From assembly GCF_009914755.1 (NCBI RefSeq), contig NC_060925.1: a stretch of 64,000 nucleotides of DNA; one strand, 5' to 3'. Under the pieces are notes generated by a model. The model was not told the origin of the DNA. It searched no databases and saw only the letters and a list, made by a program, of their open reading frames with translations. The translations under genes and the position numbers were made by a program. Source of the stretch: the human T2T-CHM13v2.0 reference genome, Homo sapiens. Positions 54,810 through 64,000 of the stretch are shown piece after piece. The stretch's first letter is position 1. Each line of letters starts with the position of its first letter.

Positions 54810-54823
54810 CCGCCCTCTGTTGG
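54810..54823 (-). promoter_or_regulatory. Candidate CTCF core motif CCAACAGAGGGCGG
   Basis: One mismatch to CCASYAGRKGGCRS; CpG retained; unique sequence. Confidence 0.45.
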
Positions 54824-55119
54824 TTTCCAGAGCTGGAAGATGATAGAACTGCCAGGCTCTTTGGAATGATATCGGTAATCACTACATAGGAGCTTTATGA
54901 CTCTTCCCCATAACCTCCTTTCTGGTTGATAAGTTACAGGGTAGAAGATTGCAGACCAAATTCTGCCATCTGTACACAAATGCCTTAGCACTCAGGCACA
55001 GAAACAGTGGAGAACCTGTATCCATTAGCTCAGCAAAATCCCTGCCCTCTGTCCTTGTGTGTTCCTGACAAGAACCTTGCCTCAGTTTCCCTCTTGGGCT
55101 GGAGAAGCATTAATTTGGC

Positions 55120-55432
55120 TCAGCCTAAATGTCACTTTCTCTGAAACATCTTCCTTGACTACCCTATCTCAAGTAGCTCCCTTTCCCCCAAACTCAACTG
55201 CTGTGTGACTATCATATTGCCCAGTTCTGTTTCCTCTGTATCACAAATCCCTATCTAGTATTCTTTATTTACCAACTTTTTTCCCTGACTCCTCTCTCCT
55301 CCTCCCCGCCCCAAATAATGTAAGATCTATGAGCACAGGGACCTTGTCTGTCTTGCCAACGGCTGTCTCCCCATAGCCTAGCACAGTGCCTGTCCCGTGA
55401 TAGGCTCTGAGTCTACGTTTGTTGAACAAGTG
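55120..55432 (+). mobile_element. L2 3' end
   Basis: aaatgtcactttctctgaaacatcttccttgac...atgagcacagggaccttgtctgtc...gcctagcacagtgcctg...gtttgttgaa. Confidence 0.8.
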
Positions 55433-56534
55433 AAAGAACTCTTTCATGTTCTTCCCCTTTGCTGGTTTTACTGCTTAGGTATGACATAGAATGGGAAACT
55501 TTCCCCCTCCTTTGGGAAGAGAGATGAGAGATGTTTCAGCGCACTGCTGGAGAGACTAAAGCTTTGAAGTTATTTCATGATGTTGCCTACAACTGGAGAA
55601 ATAGAACGACAGATTTCCAACCAGCCCCTACCCCAGATTGTGAAATCCACAAAGCTGGTATTATCTGTGTTTGTGACCCCTTCTAGACTGTGGGGAGGAT
55701 GGGCATGGGCTTATTTATGTTTATATTTCCAGTGCCTGGTGCCTCATGCTGCTCTGTAAACGCTTGTTAAGTGGTATTTGCTTCTTCCACCCTTCTGTCT
55801 GTCCCCCCCCATACTGCTTCCTGGGTTAGTCCCACTGTGTTTCCAGGACTCTTTTGATTGACAGAATCCAATTCAAGCTTGCTAAGGAATAAAGAAAACG
55901 GGGAAGGGTGAATTAGTTAAAAACCTTGAAAGTTCTGGGGCAACCACAGCTGATCCAGGGCACCCACGATGTCACTGGGACTTGGTTTGGCCTCATTTCA
56001 GTCTCTCTGTGCCAGTTCCTCATTCAGGCAGACTCACCCCATGTGGTGGCTCCCAGCATTGTCCTCACAGCCAACCATCCCAGCAGAAAGAGAGGTTTTC
56101 ATTCATTAGTGTTCCAGGAAAATTGTCTGGGATTGGCCTGAATTGTGACACACTCATTCCTGAATCAGTTAGCCCTTTTCAGAGCCGGAATACTTTGGCC
56201 AAGCCTGGATGGCATGCCAACTCCTGGATTTAGGGGTAGGTGGAGCCCGCCTTAACTGCTGGCAAGAGTGAGGGAGGGGTGTTGATGTTCCCCCCCCCAA
56301 CAATTGAGGTGTAATTTCCAAACATATTGATGCAGAAACAAACGAACAAAATTACTGCAAAGTAGACTTCTGATCTACCAACCACCACATTAAACTTAGA
56401 GACAAGGGTGTCCCTATCTTGTCCAGTCAATTAATTTGTGTGACGATGTTTTGGAAGAAGCAACCTCTTCATGTACAAGCAAGTTTAAATGTTATTGATG
56501 CTTGCTAGATAGTTTTCTCATTTGCTTCTTACCT

Positions 56535-56730
56535 TGTGGGCTCCAAGACCCAGTTAGAAAAATACCTGGTAAGCTGTCTCTGAATCACCTGGGGCACTTT
56601 TAAAAATATAGATTCTCAAACTATGCCCCAAAAGAGTTTAAAAAAAGTCTGCAGTGGGGCCAGGGATATGCATTAAAAAAAAATCTCATCGGGGGATTCT
56701 ACCATGCAGCCAGGCCAGAAAACTATTGGC
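56535..56730. mobile_element. MER5-family MITE
   Basis: gaatcacctggggcacttttaaaaatatagattctc...gtggggccagggatatgcatt...gggattctaccatgcagcc. Confidence 0.65.
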
Positions 56731-56962
56731 CTAATCCATTGGTGATGCTTAAATTGAATTTTGGGGACTGAGTAGGGTGCAAAGGCAGTATCATGGCTGC
56801 CTAGTGGGAGAGAAATTTGGGCCCTTCAGGGGCTTTCATTGCCCTTGCAATCCTGTTATAAATGCAGTTGTCTTTTCCCTACGACAGAGAATGAGACTTG
56901 CTCTGAACTTCTTCTTCAAGTTTTTGTGTCTGACCAGAAATCAGGAAGCAAGAAGTTGTTGA

Positions 56963-57265
<303 letters not shown>

Positions 57266-58057
57266 AGTTGTTGAGTTATCAAGCAAGGTCTTCAGCTCAT
57301 TATCCACTAATAGTTTTCATTACTGACCCAGGAGCTAATATGGGTAAAGAGAGCAGGATGGAACCTGGTAAGTGAGTCTGTAGCTGCATTACACAGTGCA
57401 TCTTCATCAGTCCAGTATGAGGAGGGGCTGCTTGTCCCTTGGGCATGCCAAGTGGAGTAATTATGCAATGTGGGTAGCAGGGTTCCACGTGAAAAGTGCT
57501 CATTCTGGAATGACACCTTCTACACAACCGCGATTATCAAGTCGGGGAGGAGAGTGAAGGCCTTGTAAGCTGGATTTCATGCACTGTGCGCTGGGACTCT
57601 GAAAACTTTCACTCAAGCTATAAAAGTAAGACCTGTTTACTTCCAAACCCCCATGTAATTACAAATATCAAGTCATCTTTTCTGTACAAATAAACTCAAA
57701 TGATAGTGATCTGTTATTTGGAGCCATATCTGTGTTACCGGGAAGATTTAGCTGGCTTTCTGAAATGCCACAGACCTAATTGCCACCAAGGGAAATGTTG
57801 AAAGCCTCATATTTTCAGCTTAGCGTACTCATCTTCTTTTAATCTCTCATTTTGATTTCTGAAAAATCTTCCTTGGATTTCATGAAGGGCAGGGGCTATT
57901 TTGGAGGAAGGGAGGGAAACCCTTTCAGGTTTTGTTATCACTGGATGTTTATTCCTTATTAGCCACAAGACAAGGCCATCCTAGGAGAAAGCTGGGGGCC
58001 ACTTGCGTATTGCTCTCTCCTGTTGATCCTTGCAGGTGATTAAGAAGAGAGGGAGGA

Positions 58058-58405
<348 letters not shown>

Positions 58406-60159
58406 TTAAAGGGAGGTGAAGGGATTAAGGTTTTTTTTATTAGCTTATTTTGAAATGTGAGCAAAAACCACCTTCTTATTTATTGCAAAAACAGCCTAAT
58501 ATTTGTAAGGAATTTCACAAATCCACATACAGAAAATACATACAGAAAAGAAAATCATTCCAGTACACCCTAATCAGAAAGATATCAGAAATTCAGTAGT
58601 GGTGAAATAACAGTCTTGACTTGCAAGAATAATTCAAAGGCAGACAAGCAGCACAGAGTTAAATAGGAAAGACGTTTGGATTTAATGATGAGGATTTACA
58701 TGATGCTTCTTTCCCATCCCACTGTAAAAAAAGTCATTTCTACAGTGCTGTGGCCACCATTATTGTTGAGAGAAATAATGTCTGATATTAAACATCTTAA
58801 AGAATTGGGAACTTACCATATATGTGTGCTAGTTCAAAAGGTGACACTTTCGTACACGTATGGCTTTCAAGGTTGTGAGCTACACATATTGTTTTAAAGC
58901 ATTTGGCTAAAATGCCCCCATCTTCCCAGAGCTGCCAGCCCTCACAATGCCAACAGCTAAATGTACCCAAGTGTTACTGAACTGTGTTTGATTCACCTAA
59001 ATCATAAAAACAGCCACAGACCATGCCTTATCTGAATGTTACAGATACTCAAATCGAGGTATCGTCATTCCATTGCACAGCAGAGAGTGGAAGGACAGAG
59101 AGGTTAAGAAAGCTGCCCATGGTGTCATATCGAATAAGTCGTTGAGTTAGGATCCAAACCTGAGTCTCCCTGACTGCAGCCCATGGGTAATTCTCTTTCA
59201 CTGGGCTGATTGTCACAGGCATAAACCCCACCCATGGGCGAAACCCAGGGTTCCTTTTACTCCCAGAGCTGGATTGAAGCCCATGTGTACAATCATATAG
59301 TAAAGGAAGGGGTCAAGCACAAGACAGCTGTAGGAAAGGGACTCAGGACACAGAGTTTAGCTGCAGGTGTCACTCTTGCCTGCAGTTAAATGGACCCAAA
59401 CTGGGATTCAGGGTCTGTTTGGGGAACTAGTAGGTCTCATCTATGTTTCTGACCCTGTGGACCCCCTGATGTCTTTGCTTTAATCACCTTGGGCTGGAGT
59501 CTGGGGGGACTGTTTGGCTGGCTGAAGGAACAGAGGATTCTGGGGACAGGCATAGGAGCATGCCCTCTTGAGCTTTGCCTGATCTCATAGGTTCTAAGAG
59601 TACAAAGGGTTGCTACAGTCAGAAACAAACTGAGCTCTTTCCATGACAGATTTTGTATGGTTCTGCAAACATGACAAGATATTTCCCAATGTATATTTGT
59701 GTAGAGAGGATACCCTCCTGCTTCTGCATGGAACTCAGCATCCTGTCAGCATTGTGAGTGCTGGCAGCTCTGGGAAGATGGGGGCAGCATCCTCACTTGG
59801 ACATGGTGTGTCCTCAGCAGGTACAGGTGTGTCGCTAGCGGGCACCTCCTGCAGCAATCTCTCCCAAGGAGCTCTGGTGGAAGGGCATGAAGGATGTGGT
59901 GCTTAGCACATGTCAGGCAGCCTTTGTGGACTCCCAGAAATGCTTGTGGTCTCCCAGAAATACTTGTGGTGAGGGAAGGGTGCTTGGCAAGAGCTGGCGG
60001 TTCTGCCTGAGCAGGTGGGAATAGCCCACTAAGGAAACCTGAGCTGCAAGAATTCTGCTCCTCCCAACTACAAGGCTTGGAGACCCTCAGGATCTTCCTG
60101 AGTTTCTGTTTTATCTCATCAGTCATGTTTGTAGTATCTGGTGGCTCTTTGTTTAGGGT

Positions 60160-61040
60160 AAGTATCAAGAATGCAGAGTTTCAGGTGGAACCATCTGGAC
60201 TGAAATACTATCCCAGCAAGTTCTAACTTTGCTAACTTAAGGCAGTAATTTGATCTCTTCATGCCTCTGTATCCTCACCTGTGAAATGGGGATGATGGTG
60301 ACAAATGGTGATGATGGATGAGGATGATGATGGTGATGATGATGATATTTACATTATAAAGTTGTCTTTTTGCACAGGGCCTAGTGCGATGAGTGCTCAG
60401 TTCATGTGATCTTATTGTAAATTAAATGTCATTTAGTGTTTTTAGTTTTGTGTTGTGTTTTTGCTTCTCCAATTTGCTAGGGCTTTTTCATCTAGGACCA
60501 GGAGGACTTGGTTCTGAGTCAAGAGAGGGCAAGCCCCAGCTGTGGTGCTCCTCCATCTATTTCTTCCAGGGCCTCGGAAAGATGGTAATGACTCCATGTT
60601 GGCTGGGGATTTCACCACTTACCAACTGGGATGGCATGGGCAAGACCTCTCCAACACTCTGTGCCTCCACCTACCTATAAAGGGGGCTAATACTACTCGT
60701 CTCCTAGGGTTGTAATGCATATCAAATGTGGGAAAGGTGTGTGCAAAACATTTTACAATAATAATTATGAAAGCCCTGGTATCCTTCCACTGGTGAGAGG
60801 CGGCTGAGGAAAACAGAACGAGTGTGCACACCTAAGTCATACTGACCTAGGTTTGAGTCCTAGCTTTAGTTCCAGCTGCGTGACCCATGACAGGTTGCTT
60901 AATCACTCTGGACTTCTGCTTTCCTCTCCTGTAAACTGGAACAATGACACCTCCCTCCTGCGATGTGTAAGGGCGAAATGAGATGATGTGTGTTTTGTGT
61001 CTGGCACCTAGGGATGCCCAGAAATACTTTCTCCTCACCT
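60160..61040 (+). mobile_element. Cluster of three tandem-oriented MIR relics, the first with an internal (GAT)n expansion at 60290-60345
   Basis: tgcctctgtatcctcacctgtgaaatgggga; gggcaagacc...ctctgtgcctc; ctgcgtgacc...gcttaatcactctggacttctgctttcc...tgtaaactgg. Confidence 0.65.
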
Positions 61041-61574
61041 ACTAATTCAGAGACCTGCTTGCCTTTCTGAATTTACTACCACTGAGAAAAAATTGTAGAT
61101 TCTCGAGGCCATTTACCTACTCTGCTGATCCCACTGATGGGAGTCTTTTTAGATCAGGGCTGGTTCTGAATCTATAAAAGTTACTCCTTCAGGTCATGGT
61201 GGAAGGAGCTAAAACATAGTGAATGATGGCAGGGTAAGGCAGTGGAGAAGAACGCACATCTCACCCAAGGCACCTGTGATCAGCTTTGCAACTGAATGCA
61301 ACAAGAACCACATTTGAGAAAGAAAGAGAAGAGGCTATCAATATTTATATTGCTTTCTGAAATCTGAGAACCCAAGACAGTGAGTATGTAGAGATAGGAA
61401 CAGGAAAGATTAACCTTGTGTATGTCAGGAGAGCTGAAGAATTTGACAGTGGCCACAAACTCTAGTGTACCAGGAATCAATGCATGCAGGGAGCTATGTG
61501 GAATTGGGAACAGAAGATGTTCAGATTCTTTTCTATTTTATTTCATTTTATTATTTTACCTATCTTTAAAACAA

Positions 61575-62120
61575 TTTTTTTTATTATACTTTAAGTTCTG
61601 GGATACATGTGCAGAATGTGCGGGTTTGTTGCATAGGTATACATGTGCCATGGTGGTTTGCTGCACCTATCAACCTGTCATCTACATTAGGTATTTCTCC
61701 TAATGCTATCCCTTCCCTAGCCCCCCACCCCCAAACAGGCCCTGGTGTGTGATGTTCCCCTCCCTGTGTCCATGTGTTCTCATTGTTCAGCTCCCACTTA
61801 TGAGTGAGAACATGCGGTGTTTGATTTTCTGTTCTTGTGTTAGTTTGCTGAGAATGATGGTTTCCAGCTTCATCCGTGTCCCTGCAAAGGACATGAACTC
61901 ATCTTTTTTATGGCTGAATAGTATTCCATGGTACAAATGTGCCACATTGTCTTTATCCAGTCTATCATTGATGGACATTTGGGTTGGTTCCAAGTCTTCG
62001 TTATTGTGAACAGTGCCGCAATAAACATACATGTGTATGTGTCTTTATAGTGGAATGATTTAAAATCCTTTGGGTATATATCCAGTAATGGGATTGCTGG
62101 GTCAAATGGTATTTCTGGTT
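61575..62120 (-). mobile_element. L1PA7-like LINE-1, 5'-truncated
   Basis: ttattatactttaagttctgggatacatgtgcagaa...catggtggtttgctgcacc...tcatctacattaggtatttctcc; ORF2-end peptide KLETIILSKLTQEQK. Confidence 0.92.
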
Positions 62121-62214
62121 TTATCTTTTATCTGTCTGTCTTGGTGAACATTCTGGAAATAGAACAAAATATTTCTGCTGGTCCAGTCCGGCCCTCAGGC
62201 TGCTGCTCTGTCTC

Positions 62215-62853
62215 AAACTACACACCCCTAACATTTGCAGGGCCCTGGACAATAGTACAAAGGAAGGCCCACACACTATATGTCTAAATATGTGAGAATT
62301 ACCAACTCAGCTAACAGACTGCTAAGTGAAATATGTTCCATCCCCCTACCTCACAAATGCACCTGGAAAGCCAGGTTTGAACACAGCGTCTGAACTCCAC
62401 AATAGTCTGTGCTCATGGCTACTGGGGAAAGCCGTCTTTGGCTCCCAGCCCCCAGCCCCCAGCCCCTTTCTTCAACCCTGACTCTGTGCCACCTCACAAG
62501 GAGCCCCTCCTCACCAACATACATGTGGATATCCTAACCTCCATGCCCAAGATCTGTCTACATCCTCTGCAAACCAGCACCCCTTGACCATCTCCAGCTG
62601 AGGGGTGGACACACATCAGCAATGGGACCCTCTCCTGGGGATGGACCTGGGGAAAAGCCTGTCGCAGTCTTAGAAGAAGGCTTGGGGTCGTTTGACAGAA
62701 ATTCTGGGGTCCCGGGTACTTAGAGGTCTGGACAGCTGTGGGAGGGTGCAGGGAGAGTTGGGGGGCACATCTGGGAGGGGACTAGAGCAGGGCCCTCTAC
62801 AGAGGACAGCCTAGGACAGGGGACCCTCTAGCCCAGGTCTAAGGGCAGAACTG
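62215..62853 (+). mobile_element. MER115-like hAT-Tip100 element
   Basis: cccctaacatttgcagggcc...aggcccacacactatatgtctaaatat...gggaccctctagcccaggtctaagggcagaactg. Confidence 0.75.
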
Positions 62854-62919
62854 GTCTCAAGTGTATCTAAGGGCTTTTAAGCATTAATGAGGTGTCAAAA
62901 AGAATCCTAATTGCATACA

Positions 62920-63090
62920 TTTTTATTAGCAACGGACTGAGATGCAGGGACTTGGGTTCCAAGCCCACCTCTGCCAATAACCTACTCCATGTCTTAGGGA
63001 CAAATTGCTTCTCTCTGGGCCTCGATTTTATCATCAATTAAATAAAGGTGTTGGACTAGGTCATCTGTAATTTGCTTTTCCACCCTCTAA
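62920..63090 (+). mobile_element. MIR (MIR3-like) SINE
   Basis: ggacttgggttcc...tctctctgggcctcgattttatcatc...gttggactagg. Confidence 0.65.
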
Positions 63091-63889
63091 GTGAAATGTG
63101 TTTGCTTTCATTCGTGTCAACTCATGTTAAACTTTGATTTTGTGCAGAAGTTAGGAGAGGAAATACTTTTAGATCTACGACTTATTTCTTATTTGAGAAG
63201 AGTTTCCTTGTGTTTTTGGTCACTGAAGGAAAAAAAAGATGGGGTGAGGGGGCTGCCAGGAATGAAATATTTGGCTCATATTGCTAATTATTTGTATTAA
63301 GTGGTTGTATAATGGGGAATTTGAATATAAATACCTGGTCTTTTTAGTGTAACATTTACCCATGAGAATTACAAAAATCCTCAGTGCAATCAGAGTTCAT
63401 TTAAATGTTAATTTTAATTTTTATTCACCACTTGGTCTTGGTGCTGAAATACACATAAGTTAAAGCAACTGCAGCGGAGGTGCCTTCTGCCACCCCTGGC
63501 AGAACTCACTCTTGCGCTAATGGTTGTTTCCCATGATTTATTTCTCCTGTGGATCACCTTTGTCGCAAGAGAAGAGAAAATGAATTTCTTTAGAAGGTGT
63601 ATTAATCTACCTCAGCACACATCAAGGTGCAAAAAATAAAACAGCAGAAGCACACTCCTTGGGAACATAGAAGCAGTACAGATAAGGGGTTGGCATGGAA
63701 CAGAAAGGGGGCAGAAGACATTTTGTTACTTTAAAATAAACTAATGTGGGCAGACTTTTAAAAAAAAGTCATCCAAATTTTTATACCCATGCATGCTCAG
63801 AACAAAAACGCAGTTCCTTGAAAAATGATTGTTTTTGCTCTTTCCCGGGGAAAATCATCCTGTTCCGAAGCCACCTACCCAAGACAGTC

Positions 63890-64000
63890 TGCACCAGGGA
63901 GAGCAGCAACACTTGGGCTGAATAGTTCTTTGCTGTGGGGCTGCCCTATACACTGTAGGATGTTTAGCAGCATCCTTGGCCTCTGCCCACCGGACGTCAG
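63890..64000 (-). mobile_element. MER20 MITE running off the window end
   Basis: ttgggctgaatagttctttgctgtggggctgccct...gtaggatgtttagcagcatccttggcctct. Confidence 0.8.

Overview
Primate (very probably human) genomic DNA. The window is non-coding, repeat-rich intronic or intergenic sequence, and I could not identify the host locus. I recognise no protein-coding exon of a known gene, and no rRNA, tRNA, snRNA or CRISPR array. The only long ORF (433 aa) is the C-terminal part of LINE-1 ORF2 inside a young, 5'-inverted L1PA2-like insertion. The window holds about 17 Alus/Alu monomers, several L1s (L1PA2, L1PA4/5, L1PA7, L1PB1, L1MB, L1ME, HAL1-like), MaLR/ERVL/ERV1 solo LTRs, hAT and TcMar MITEs, and many MIR and L2 relics. 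Subfamily names come from my recollection of consensus sequences, and boundaries of old repeats are approximate. I see no convincing new multi-gene system. The best-supported unusual signals are: (1) a TSD-flanked 5'-inverted Alu with twin-priming hallmarks, alongside two twin-primed L1s; (2) a tail-less, TSD-less Alu fragment replacing the end of a THE1 LTR; (3) a minus-strand AG|GT site with a 93-nt AG-free zone and a poison RS-exon-like architecture; (4) a template-switch hairpin in a MIR; (5) microsatellites that array E-boxes or (T)GCATG motifs; (6) several motif-dense candidate enhancers (RFX, homeodomain, AP-1, CTCF).
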